A stretch of DNA of 64,000 nt, taken from assembly GCA_963765075.1 (NCBI GenBank), contig CAVXVA010000001.1:769901-833900 (forward strand), written 5' to 3'. Of this stretch, positions 30,918 to 40,003 are shown piece by piece. This DNA comes from an uncultured Acidimicrobiia bacterium (GTDB taxonomy: Bacteria; Actinomycetota; Acidimicrobiia; IMCC26256; JAENVU01). Position 1 is the stretch's first letter; each line of letters begins with the position of its first letter. The position numbers and the translations under genes were made by a program. The notes below the pieces were generated by a model. It did no database searches. It saw only the letters and a list, made by a program, of their open reading frames with translations, and was not told the DNA's origin.

Positions 30918-31130
30918 TCAGGTGCTCGGCGACGAACGCCGTCGTCTCCAACGATCGATCTCGGAGCGCGACCAAAGCTTGCACCGTCCGCGGCCCATGT
31001 CCACGACGGGACGGGGCATATCGGGGTACCGGCGCTGGTAGCCACTGACGGTGTTTGCCTGCGCCAAACCGAGCATCTCCGCTACCGCATGCGAATCGAT
31101 CAGTTCGTCGACATCAACTCGTCGCCCCAT
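30918..31130 (-). CDS. AlpA/excisionase-like winged-HTH protein
   Basis: ELIDSHAVAEMLGL...MPRPVV...KLWSRSEIDRW. Confidence 0.8.
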   Translation of the reverse strand: MGRRVDVDELIDSHAVAEMLGLAQANTVSGYQRRYPDMPRPVVDMGRGRCKLWSRSEIDRWRRRRSSPST

Positions 31131-31137
31131 GAAGCTC

Positions 31138-31186
31138 AGCCTATAAGTGTTGACTGACCCGAGACGGTGAGCCTATACTTGTAGGC
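31138..31186. promoter_or_regulatory. Divergent promoters with operator-like repeats
   Basis: Plus strand TTGACT(31150)-18-TATACT(31174); minus strand TAGGCT 7 nt before the HTH ATG; repeats AGCCTATAAGTGT and AGCCTATACTTGT; palindrome GCCTA-n6-TAGGC. Confidence 0.65.
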
Positions 31187-31296
31187 ATTCAAGCGTAAGG
31201 CCCCGGCGGTGCTGGAATGTCGCACGACCGCGTGATACTTCGACACAGACCCGGGGACCGGCACGGGTCGCGCTTCCTGCGCCGCGCTGCGATCCA

Positions 31297-31404
31297 AAGG
31301 TGCAGGTCACAGCCTCCAGCCGCGGGTCAGACCACGTTTCGGTTGACCGCCACATACCGCCATTGACCGCAATGACCAGCCATGACCGGCACGAACGGGC
31401 ACGC
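31297..31404 (+). repeat. att-arm-like repeat, copy 2
   Basis: Direct repeat of 20456 onward, ending GGCACGAACGGGCACG. Confidence 0.85.
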
Positions 31405-31473
31405 TGACCACGTCGAGCGAACCGCTCGTCAACACCGCGCTGATCGACGGGTCGCACATCTAGGATCCTGGGC

Positions 31474-31704
31474 ATGGCCTACGAACGCATCACCGTCGAC
31501 CCGGCCCAAATGGGTGGGCTCCCATGTATCCGTGGGATGCGCATCACCGTGGGCACGATCGTGGGCCAGCTGGGTGCCGGCCGCACGATCGATGAAGTCC
31601 TCACCGACTACCCATATCTCGAACACGGCGATGTACTCGCCGCGTTGGAATACGCGGCGGACGCAGTGAGCGAACGCTAGCTTCCGCTGACCCGCCCCGC
31701 GTGA
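31474..31704 (+). CDS. DUF433 antitoxin (VapB45-like); TAG at 31678 shortens it
   Basis: RITVDPAQMGGLPCIRGMRITV...DYPYLEHGDVLAALEYAA; reading past TAG gives LPLTRPA* overlapping the toxin GTG. Confidence 0.88.
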
Positions 31705-31963
31705 GGTTTCTCGTCGACGCAAACCTCGCGCCGCGCATTGCATCGGCGCTCACGGCCAGCGGGCACGACGCGATCCACGTGTTCGATGCGGGCCTCGCCA
31801 CGGCCTCCGACCGCACGATCCTCGAAGCTGCGTTCGCCGGGAATCGGATCATCGTTTCGAGCGACGCCGACTTCGGTACGCTGCTGGCCGAGTACGACCG
31901 TCAGAAGCCATCGATCGGACGCGGATCCGTGTCCGTCGCCTTCCGATCCTCCGCGGCGCGTAA
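31701..31963 (+). pseudogene. DUF5615 PIN-like toxin (VapC45-like), internally deleted
   Basis: MRFLVDANL...GHDAIHV...ASDRTIL...IIVSSDADFG; C-terminal RIRVRRLPI is out of frame. Confidence 0.8.
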
Positions 31964-32150
31964 CCACCAGGGAGGCCTGTGCTTGAGCGCGTTCGCGAAC
32001 GACACGGTCATCGCGATCGGGTGTTCGTGAGGCGTTTCGCGAGTACAACGCGCATAGATCAGGCACGGAGCAACAATCCGACCGGGTGCAACCACATCGA
32101 CCACGGGCACGAGCTCCAGCGATGTGACCGGTAGCCTCGAAACTTAGAAC

Positions 32151-32223
32151 GCCCTCGTAGCTCAGGGGATAGAGCATTGGTTTCCTAAACCATGTGCCGC
32201 AGGTTCGAATCCTGCCGAGGGCA
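32151..32223 (+). tRNA. tRNA-Arg(CCT)
   Basis: Acceptor stem GCCCTCG/CGAGGGC-A, D arm, anticodon loop TTCCTAA, T arm GCAGG-TTCGAAT-CCTGC; CCA not encoded. Confidence 0.97.
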
Positions 32224-32266
32224 CCGGCCGCACCCGCGGCGATGAACACCGAGAGGGATCTCGCTC

Positions 32267-32710
32267 GTGACGATCTTCAGCCACGTCGGCCAGTGCATAC
32301 GGAACGTCGAGCGCGCCCGGGCCTTCTATACCGAGGTCTTCGGCTTCGAGGAAGTCCTCGACATCGACGTGAGCGGATCGCAGTCCGCCACGCTGCTCCG
32401 CCTGCCCGAGCCAGTCACGCTGCAGGCGGTCTATCTCCGCCGCGACGGCCTCGTGCTCGAACTCCTCGCCTTCACCGAACCGGCGCCGCTCGTGGCGGCC
32501 GACCGGTCGATGCACGAACCCGGTCTCACCCATCTCTCGTTCGGCGTCGACGATCTCGACGCAACGTGCGCCGCGGTCATCGAGCATGGCGGCGAAGTGC
32601 TCACCGAATCACGTCTGCCCACCGCAGTGTTCGTACGCGATTGCGAAGGCCAACTGATCGAGCTCCTCGCCGGCGATACGTTCGCCCGCCGGCTGCACGA
32701 ACCGAACTGA
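32267..32710 (+). CDS. VOC/glyoxalase family protein
   Basis: FSHVGQCIRNVERARAFY, GLTHLSFGVDDLD, FVRDCEGQLIEL. Confidence 0.9.
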   Translation: MTIFSHVGQCIRNVERARAFYTEVFGFEEVLDIDVSGSQSATLLRLPEPVTLQAVYLRRDGLVLELLAFTEPAPLVAADRSMHEPGLTHLSFGVDDLDATCAAVIEHGGEVLTESRLPTAVFVRDCEGQLIELLAGDTFARRLHEPN

Positions 32711-32764
32711 ACGTCCCGGTGTGCTCACCCGCGCCCGATGCCCGCGCCGGATACGGTCCGCGCC

Positions 32765-33590
32765 ATGGCTGACGACGACACCCCGCCCGCCCTGACCGAC
32801 GCCGAGAAAGCCGCACGGTCTTCCAGCTTCGGTGGAATCGCCGACCAGTACGAACGGTACCGGCCGGGACCTCCCGTCGCCGTGGCGGAGTGGTTCCTCC
32901 CCGAGCCCATCGACTGCGCGGTCGACCTCGGCGCGGGTACCGGTGCGTTGACCCGACACCTCATCAACCGCGCGGCGACCGTCGTGGCGGTCGAACCCGA
33001 CGACCGGATGCGCGCGGTGCTGGAGACGCAGGTGCCCGAGGCGCAAGCCCGCGCCGGGCGCGGGGAGGAAATCCCCGTCGCCCGACGCGTCGGCCCAAGG
33101 GGTGTTCGCATCATCGTCCTGGCACTGGATGGACCCGGTTCCAACCCTCGCCGAGATCCATCGCGTCCTCGCGCCGAACGGCGTGTTCGGCGCGGTGTGG
33201 ACCGGACCGGATCCCGACGGGCCCTTCATGCAACAGGCGGCTGCGCTGCTCGCGCAACAACGAGACCGCGACGCCGAAGGCGCTGCGCTCGCCGGGTCGC
33301 TCACCGCCGGCGGTGCCGGGCCCGGCACCGCCGACCATCTGGAACTCCCCGTCGGCGTTCCGTTCGGTCCCGTCGAGTCGGAGACGATTCGCTGGGACAT
33401 CGCGCTGAACGCCGACGAGTTGATCGGGCTGCTCGGCACGTTGAGCTGGATCATCCTGCTGCCCGACGAAACCCGCGAGCGCACGTTCGCCACCGCACGA
33501 CACCTTCTCGGAGAACTCCTCGGCATCGAGGGCGATGTGACCGTCGACGTCGCGTACCGTTCCGCAGCGTTCCGAACCCGACCGATGTAG
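32765..33590 (+). CDS. Class I SAM methyltransferase; frameshift near 33085
   Basis: SFGGIADQYERYRP, VDLGAGTG, then SSWHWMDP..LAEIHRVLAPNG. Confidence 0.85.
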
Positions 33591-33600
33591 AGGGGAACCT

Positions 33601-34803
33601 GTGATCGACCGAGACATCGACCTCCTCGACGGCGAGTTCTATGCGAACGACCCGTACCCGACCTACGCCTGGATGCGTGAGCACGCGCCCGTCTACTGGG
33701 ACGCCACCAACGAGCTGTGGGGCATCTCACGCTACGACGACATCGTCGAGATCGAAAAGCACAAGGAACGGTTCATCAACTCCGATCAGGCCAAAGGCGG
33801 CTACCGACCCAACATCCCCGCCGATGGGGCCATCATCGGCCTCGATGACCCGATGCACCAGCGCCGCCGCGGCCTCGTGGCCCGCCGCTTCACGCCGAAG
33901 GCCGTCGCGGTCTGGACCGACGACATCCGCGCCAAGGTGAACACCCTCCTCGACGGAGTCGAGGCCGCCGGCGGGCACGCGGAGATCGTCGGAGACCTCG
34001 CGGCCCCGCTCCCCGCGATGATGATCGGCAAGCTCCTCGGCTTTCCCGACGATGCCTGGCCCTCGCTGCAATCGTGGTCGGAGCGCACCATCGCGCTCGG
34101 CGGCGGCCCGCGGTACTTCAACGACGACGGCATCGTGGCGGCCATGGAGTTCGCCCAGGCGTCCTCGGATCTCTACGACACCAAGCGCGGGTGTCCGATG
34201 GACGACGTCATGAGCGTCTGGACCGAAGCCCAGATCGGCGGCGAGCCCCTCAGCCGCGACGACGTGATCGCCGACAGCCTGCTCCTCCTCGACGGAGGCG
34301 CGGAGACGACCCGCACGGTCATCGCCCGCACCATGCTCAATCTCATCGCGAACCCCCACGAGTGGGAGAAGCTTCGCGCCGGGGCCGACCTCACCATCGC
34401 GGTCGAGGAGTTCATCCGCTACGTGTCACCCGTCCACAACATGTGTCGCGTCGCCGTCGAAGCCACCGACATCGCCGACACGACGATCCCCGCGGGTCAC
34501 CAGGTCATCCTCTTGTACGGCTCGGCGAACCGCGACGAACGCCACTTCACCGAGCCGGAACGCTTCGACGTGACCCGCTGGCCGAACCAGCACATCGCCT
34601 TCGGGTTCGGGACCCACTTCTGTCTCGGCACATCACTCGCGCGCCTCGAGATTTCGATTTTCTTCGAGGAGCTGTTGCGGCGCGTGCGGAGTCTGGCGAT
34701 TACGCCCGGCACCGCGCCGGAAGAAATGCCGAACGCGTTCGTCTACGGTCTCGCCGCCGCGCACCTCGATCTCGACTTTGCGTCCCGCGCCGTAGGCTCG
34801 TGA
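33601..34803 (+). CDS. Cytochrome P450, CYP142/CYP125-like
   Basis: LLLDGGAETT I-helix, EEFIR, heme motif FGFGTHFCLG. Confidence 0.95.
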   Translation: MIDRDIDLLDGEFYANDPYPTYAWMREHAPVYWDATNELWGISRYDDIVEIEKHKERFINSDQAKGGYRPNIPADGAIIGLDDPMHQRRRGLVARRFTPKAVAVWTDDIRAKVNTLLDGVEAAGGHAEIVGDLAAPLPAMMIGKLLGFPDDAWPSLQSWSERTIALGGGPRYFNDDGIVAAMEFAQASSDLYDTKRGCPMDDVMSVWTEAQIGGEPLSRDDVIADSLLLLDGGAETTRTVIARTMLNLIANPHEWEKLRAGADLTIAVEEFIRYVSPVHNMCRVAVEATDIADTTIPAGHQVILLYGSANRDERHFTEPERFDVTRWPNQHIAFGFGTHFCLGTSLARLEISIFFEELLRRVRSLAITPGTAPEEMPNAFVYGLAAAHLDLDFASRAVGS

Positions 34804-36587
34804 CGTATCGACCTGATCTTCTCGCCCTCCCCGAACGACTCCGCATGACTACCGCCAGTCGATGGTTCGGTCGCGCCGCGGTCGCCACCTTCGTCGCGGT
34901 CTTGTTGGTCGGCGTGGTCGCCGCGGCCAACCACGGCGGCACGCCACCGAACGACGACGAGGCACTCATCGACCTTCAGGTCTTCGACGTTGGCGCCCAC
35001 ACCCCACTCGTCGGCTCCTATGAGCGCTTCGGTGGCAATCAACCCGGACCGCTCGTCTTCTTGCTCCTGGCCGCGCCGTACCGGATCATCGGTGAGGGCC
35101 CGGCGGGCCTCGGCGTCGGCGCCGTGCTCCTGACTGCGGCGTGCGTCGCCGGATGCGTCGTGATCGCGGTCCGACGCGGCGGTCTCCTCCTCGGCGTCTG
35201 GACCGGGCTCCTTCTCGCGATCCTTTTGCTCGCCCGCGGCGCCGAGCTGCTGACGAGCCCGTGGGGACCGAACGTGCTGCTGACGGCGTTCGCGCTCCTG
35301 GTGTTGCTCATCTGGGAGTACGCCTGCGGCACCGACGGCGCGCTCCCGTTCGCGGCGGCGACCGCCACCCTGTTGGCCCAGAGCTGGGTCGGCTCGGCGA
35401 TCTTCGTCGCTGCGCTCGGTGGCCTCGCATTCGGCATCGCCCTCACGCGGCTCGTCCGGCATCGTCGGGGCCCCGCACCGCGAGCCCCCGGCACATTCCG
35501 CGCGCTCATCCTCACCGGTGTGGTGCTCGGGGTCCTCTGGCTGCCGCCCGTGGTCGAGCAGTTCACCCGCGATCCGGGGAACCTCACCGAACTCGCTGCG
35601 ATCCGCCACGATGCCGGTCCCAGCCTCGGGCTCCGCGACGGGTATCGCGCAGTCGCGCTCGAGTTCGGGATCGACGCGCCGTGGCTGACCGGCAAGATCC
35701 CGACCCCTCCGTTCAGCCCGACGGTCGCCCTCGATGAGGGATCCGGGGTCCCGGTCGCGCTCATCGTGTTCGTGGCCGCCGCCCTCATTGCCGCGCGGCG
35801 CAGGGCCCGCTCGGCGAACTGGTTGAACCTCGTGGTGTCCATCACGATCCTCGCAGCGATCGTTTCCCGGGCGCTGGTCTTCGGTGATTTGTTCGTCTGG
35901 ATCGCCGAACCGGACCGAGTCGTCGGAATGCTCTGCTGGTACGCGGCCGGCTATTCGCTCGTGGCCGCGGCCCCGTTCCCGGCGCAGCGACGGGTCGCTC
36001 GATTGGCGCTCCCGATCATCACGGCGGGTCTCGTCGTGGTCGCCGTGGCGCTCGCAATCAATACTGCGCGCGCTACCAACACGGTGGATCGACCGTCGCG
36101 TGCGGCCGCCCTCCTCGCCGACCAGGCGCTGGCGGCACGCCCCGAGCTCGAGAACCCGGTGCTCGTGACGTCGACCGCGCGCGCGACGGATCGTTCCCCG
36201 ACCACCTGCTGCGCCCCCGTCGTCGCGTCGATCCTGACGCGGGCCGGGTTCGATGTGGTCGTCGAGCGCGACCAGGCCAACCGCTACGGTCCTCACCGCG
36301 CCCGGCCGGGGCGCGCACGTTCCGAACTCCTGATCACGTCGTTCCGGGGGGAGGGCGCGCCGCGCCGGGCCGGCTACCGGCTGGTCGGGACCGCCGACCA
36401 ACTCGGGCGCGCCCAGCGAGCAAGGCTCCGGCGCATCGACGAACGACTCACCGAACTGGTCGGACCCGATCCCAGCCTCCCCGAGCTCGCCGAGGCACAG
36501 TCGCGCAATCCCGAAGCCAGGAGGCTGCTCACGGAGAAGGGACGAATCGGCGAAGGCGAGCAACTCGCGCTCTACCGCCGGGACTAG
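34800..36587 (+). CDS. Multi-pass membrane protein, GT-C-like
   Basis: DDEALIDL...PLVGSYERFGGNQPGP, many TMs, LWLPPVVEQF. Confidence 0.7.
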   Translation: MTYRPDLLALPERLRMTTASRWFGRAAVATFVAVLLVGVVAAANHGGTPPNDDEALIDLQVFDVGAHTPLVGSYERFGGNQPGPLVFLLLAAPYRIIGEGPAGLGVGAVLLTAACVAGCVVIAVRRGGLLLGVWTGLLLAILLLARGAELLTSPWGPNVLLTAFALLVLLIWEYACGTDGALPFAAATATLLAQSWVGSAIFVAALGGLAFGIALTRLVRHRRGPAPRAPGTFRALILTGVVLGVLWLPPVVEQFTRDPGNLTELAAIRHDAGPSLGLRDGYRAVALEFGIDAPWLTGKIPTPPFSPTVALDEGSGVPVALIVFVAAALIAARRRARSANWLNLVVSITILAAIVSRALVFGDLFVWIAEPDRVVGMLCWYAAGYSLVAAAPFPAQRRVARLALPIITAGLVVVAVALAINTARATNTVDRPSRAAALLADQALAARPELENPVLVTSTARATDRSPTTCCAPVVASILTRAGFDVVVERDQANRYGPHRARPGRARSELLITSFRGEGAPRRAGYRLVGTADQLGRAQRARLRRIDERLTELVGPDPSLPELAEAQSRNPEARRLLTEKGRIGEGEQLALYRRD

Positions 36588-36590
36588 CGA

Positions 36591-36645
36591 AAAACGAGGA
36601 CGAGCCCATGCCCGGGCAGGGTGGGCATGGGCTCGAGTCCTCGTG
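36591..36645 (-). terminator. Hairpin with U-tract on the minus strand
   Basis: ACGAGGAC-TCGAGCCCATGCCC-loop-GGGCATGGGCTCG-TCCTCGT-TTTT. Confidence 0.65.
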
Positions 36646-36695
36646 GAGGACAATACAGGGCCGGGAAGGGTCGAGTCCTGCCGGGCAGGCAAACG

Positions 36696-38231
36696 TCACA
36701 CGCCGTTGCGCGTTCTCAGGCATTTCTCGGCCGCCCGCTTCGCGGCAGTCTGGACCGCCCGCCGAGCCATCTTCGCAGTGACGTCGTCCTCGTTCAGCTC
36801 GAGGAGCGCGGTGATTTCGGGCGATTGGACGATGTCGAGCGCGAAACAACTCGCCGTCGACACCGGCGCACCGGCGTCGTGCGCCTCTTCGGCGATGCCG
36901 GCCTCGAGTTCGCCATGGATATCGAGGAGATCACCGGCTTTGGTCAGTGCGGCGTCGGGCGACGCCAACGTCGATTTCACCCCGGGATCGCACGAATCGA
37001 TGGTCAGCGCCTTCCCGCGAGTACCGATCGTGGCCATGCCCGACGGCAGTGCGGCTGACCACAGCTTCAGTCGGCCGGCGAGATCGCGCTGACCCGAGGC
37101 CGTCCTCGCCTCGACCGCGACTCGGATGCACGTCGTGGCGTTCGCGCGGTAGGTGAGCATGCGACCACCCGCCCACTTCGACGCAACTCCGAGGGCGTCG
37201 CCGGGCGGGAGCCTCGACGCCAACACCAGATACAGATCGAACGCACCGAAGGACTCCACCTTGTCGATCCGTTTCTCGCCCGACTTGACTTTCGGGTCGG
37301 CCACGCGGAACGGCTTGGCATCGGTCAGGGACGCGCTCGGCTCGATGAACAGCTTCTGGGTGAAGACGCCGTGCCGGAACGCGCGATCGACGTTCGCGTT
37401 TCCCCCGTCGGCCGCGAGCACGTCCAACACGGGCGGCCCGTAGCGGTACGGCGCGGAGAACTGCAGATCGACGATCGCGGGAACGTCCTCGGTACCCGAT
37501 TCGAACGTCTCGGTTTCGCGTTCGAACTCCTTGCGATACTTCGCTCGGTCGGCCCGGCTCAGCGTGTTTGCGTACCGATCTTCGATCCGCACGGCGTCGC
37601 CCTCGATCACGGCGCGCAACGCTTCGGACGAGCCCTCAGGATCCTTCGCGACTCGATCTTCGAGCTTGGTCAGGTCGAAGTGTTGATCCTGGAGGACATG
37701 CGTGAGCTCGTGGGCGAGGGTAACCCGACGGGCCGGGTCGGGCGTGCCGGTTCCCCGCACGACGACCTCCTCGCGATCGGGTGAGTAGTACGCGAGCACC
37801 CCTGACTGCTGTTCCTGATCGATCGACTCGAGGAGATCGACGGGTCCGGTGAGGAGTCCCGCGGCCCGCAGACTCTCGGTCAATCGGTCCAGCTTGGCGC
37901 GACGGCGCTTGCTCGGCTTCGGATCGACGCCGACTTCCTTCTTGAAGGCGCGTTCGCTCAGGAATCGCACCGGTACCGCATGTTTGAACGGGAGCCCGCG
38001 CAGCCGCGACACCGTCGCCGGGAGGTCGCCGAGACGGACATCCCACTTCGCCGGGTACTTCGAGTCGGAGGTGAAGACGTCGAACCGGATCAAGCTCGCG
38101 ATGAACGCCATCACGACCACTACCGCGGCGACGATAATCACCAGGGATCGTCGGTCCCGCGATCGCCCGGGCGGCGGGAACTCCGCCGGCGGGGTGCTGG
38201 TCTCGATGTCGATGTCGGCGTCGATGGCCAC
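36696..38231 (-). CDS. Membrane-anchored zincin-like metallopeptidase
   Basis: N-terminal TM; LRGLPFK; LAHELTHVLQDQHF...EGDA. Confidence 0.8.
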   Translation of the reverse strand: MAIDADIDIETSTPPAEFPPPGRSRDRRSLVIIVAAVVVVMAFIASLIRFDVFTSDSKYPAKWDVRLGDLPATVSRLRGLPFKHAVPVRFLSERAFKKEVGVDPKPSKRRRAKLDRLTESLRAAGLLTGPVDLLESIDQEQQSGVLAYYSPDREEVVVRGTGTPDPARRVTLAHELTHVLQDQHFDLTKLEDRVAKDPEGSSEALRAVIEGDAVRIEDRYANTLSRADRAKYRKEFERETETFESGTEDVPAIVDLQFSAPYRYGPPVLDVLAADGGNANVDRAFRHGVFTQKLFIEPSASLTDAKPFRVADPKVKSGEKRIDKVESFGAFDLYLVLASRLPPGDALGVASKWAGGRMLTYRANATTCIRVAVEARTASGQRDLAGRLKLWSAALPSGMATIGTRGKALTIDSCDPGVKSTLASPDAALTKAGDLLDIHGELEAGIAEEAHDAGAPVSTASCFALDIVQSPEITALLELNEDDVTAKMARRAVQTAAKRAAEKCLRTRNGV

Positions 38232-38506
38232 CCTCGTTCCTCCTGCCCGAGGCCGTCTCGGTCCAGGCGTATCGGCGTGCGGAAACCGACACCTGAGCGT
38301 CGTGCGACGTCGCCGCGCGATTCAGGTCAGATCCCACCGAATGGGCGCGCACTCAGGTCGAGATCGCGTCGATGTGCTGTTCCGGTCGGACCACCATTGT
38401 GGCATCGGCGGCCAGGCCGAGCGTGGAGCCCGAGCAGCAGCTCGCCACGGCGTGAGCGACACCGAACGACGGGCTCGACCCCACGCGGGCCTGACAGACT
38501 CGCCGA

Positions 38507-40003
38507 ATGGAGAGCACAGCCCTTGCGGTTCCCGCCGTCTACTGCTGGCCACAATCCGGTCTTCCCGGCGAGGCCATCGGTGTGCACGCCGCCGGGCCGG
38601 CGGTGCCGGCCCAGGTGATCGTGGCCCGCATCGGCGCCCGTCGAGAACGCGTGTGGACCGGCGCGATCGACCTCGTGCCGCACGACATGCCGGCCGACGC
38701 CGCCGCCCACGGTTGCGGGTGGCCCGCCGCAATCGAGATCCCGATCGGTGACGACTGGCGGAGCGGCTACTACGAGGTGACGCTCCGCACCGACGCGGGC
38801 CGCATCGCCCACGAAGCCGTCGCGTTCTTCGTGGTCCGCGCGGCAACGGTCGACCCGACCCGTCCGCTGCTCGCGCTCTGCACCAACACCTACAACGCGT
38901 ACAACGACATCGGCGGGCGCAACCTCTACGAGGGCGGCACGCAGGTCTCGTTCCAGCGCCCGATGGCCAACGGTCTGCTCCGGAAGCCGGCCGGACCGGG
39001 TGAACGCGTCACGGTGTTGCACCCGCCCGACCGCCAGAACCGCGCGCACGTGAAGTACCTCGTGACCCACCAGTTCACTCAGTGGGGTGGCTCGGCGGGC
39101 TGGCCCAACTACGAACTGCCGTTCATCCAGTGGGCCGAGCGCAACGGGTACGAGATCGATTACGCGCTCAACGCCGACCTCGAAGATCCGACGATGCTCG
39201 ACGGGCGACGCCTCTACCTCTCGGTGGGTCACGACGAGTACTGGTCCGGGCCGATGCGCGACACCGTCGAGGCCTTCACCGCGGCGGGCGGCAACGCGCT
39301 CTTCCTCTCCGGGAACACGTCGCTCTGGCAAGTCCGCATCGAAGACGACGGCGCGACGATGATCGGCTTCAAGGATCGCTTCGAACGCGACCCGGTCTTC
39401 GGTACCGATCAGCAGGCCGACCTCACGTCGTTCTGGTCCGATCATCTCGTCGGCCGACCCGAGAACCACATGACCGGCGTGAGCTTCGTGCGCGGTGGCT
39501 ACCACCGCATCGGCGCCACCGTGGCGTCAGGGTCCGGCGGCTACACCGTGTATCGGCCGGAGCACTGGGTGTTCGAGGGCACCGACACGACCTACGGCGA
39601 CCTCATCGGCCGTGACTCGGTGATCGTGGGGTACGAATGCGACGGGTGTGACTTCACCATGCACAACGGCGTGCCCAACCCGACGGGATCCGACGGGACC
39701 CCGGCCGACTTCCAGATCCTTGCCTTGACTCCGACCGAGCATTTCAACCGCACCAACGCACCCCGCCCACCGCGCGCCGACGTGATGAGCGAGGTGGAGT
39801 TCATCGCGTGGCGCGTGTTCGGCGACAAGGGTCCCGACGGCGTTGCCGCGCTCGAACACGGCCATTGCATGATGGGGGTCCACGAACCGGGCGGGTTCGT
39901 CTTCACCGCCGGCACCACCGACTGGGTGTGGGGCCTGACCGGGAAGGACCCGACCGTCGAACAGATCACCCGGAACCTGATGGACCGAGGCATCGCACCA
40001 TGA
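38507..40003 (+). CDS. N,N-dimethylformamidase beta subunit family (DUF6605)
   Basis: WRSGYY, TYNAYN.GGRNLY, VSFQRP, SVGHDEYWS, GYECDG, VFTAGTTDW. Confidence 0.85.
   Translation: MESTALAVPAVYCWPQSGLPGEAIGVHAAGPAVPAQVIVARIGARRERVWTGAIDLVPHDMPADAAAHGCGWPAAIEIPIGDDWRSGYYEVTLRTDAGRIAHEAVAFFVVRAATVDPTRPLLALCTNTYNAYNDIGGRNLYEGGTQVSFQRPMANGLLRKPAGPGERVTVLHPPDRQNRAHVKYLVTHQFTQWGGSAGWPNYELPFIQWAERNGYEIDYALNADLEDPTMLDGRRLYLSVGHDEYWSGPMRDTVEAFTAAGGNALFLSGNTSLWQVRIEDDGATMIGFKDRFERDPVFGTDQQADLTSFWSDHLVGRPENHMTGVSFVRGGYHRIGATVASGSGGYTVYRPEHWVFEGTDTTYGDLIGRDSVIVGYECDGCDFTMHNGVPNPTGSDGTPADFQILALTPTEHFNRTNAPRPPRADVMSEVEFIAWRVFGDKGPDGVAALEHGHCMMGVHEPGGFVFTAGTTDWVWGLTGKDPTVEQITRNLMDRGIAP

Larger units (their letters stand above)
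20399..32188. mobile_element. tRNA-Arg-integrated genomic island, no integrase seen
   Basis: 38-bp direct repeats at both ends, IS cluster, AT-richer cargo, AlpA-like HTH, TA pair. Confidence 0.85.

Noticed and set aside
30715-31680. In-frame TGA (IS6) and TAG (DUF433) as Sec/Pyl or read-through
   Set aside because: They fall where Trp and probably Glu/Gln are expected in decaying genes; no recoding signals or machinery are visible.
20399-32188. Prophage or ICE
   Set aside because: No structural, replication, relaxase or conjugation genes are present.
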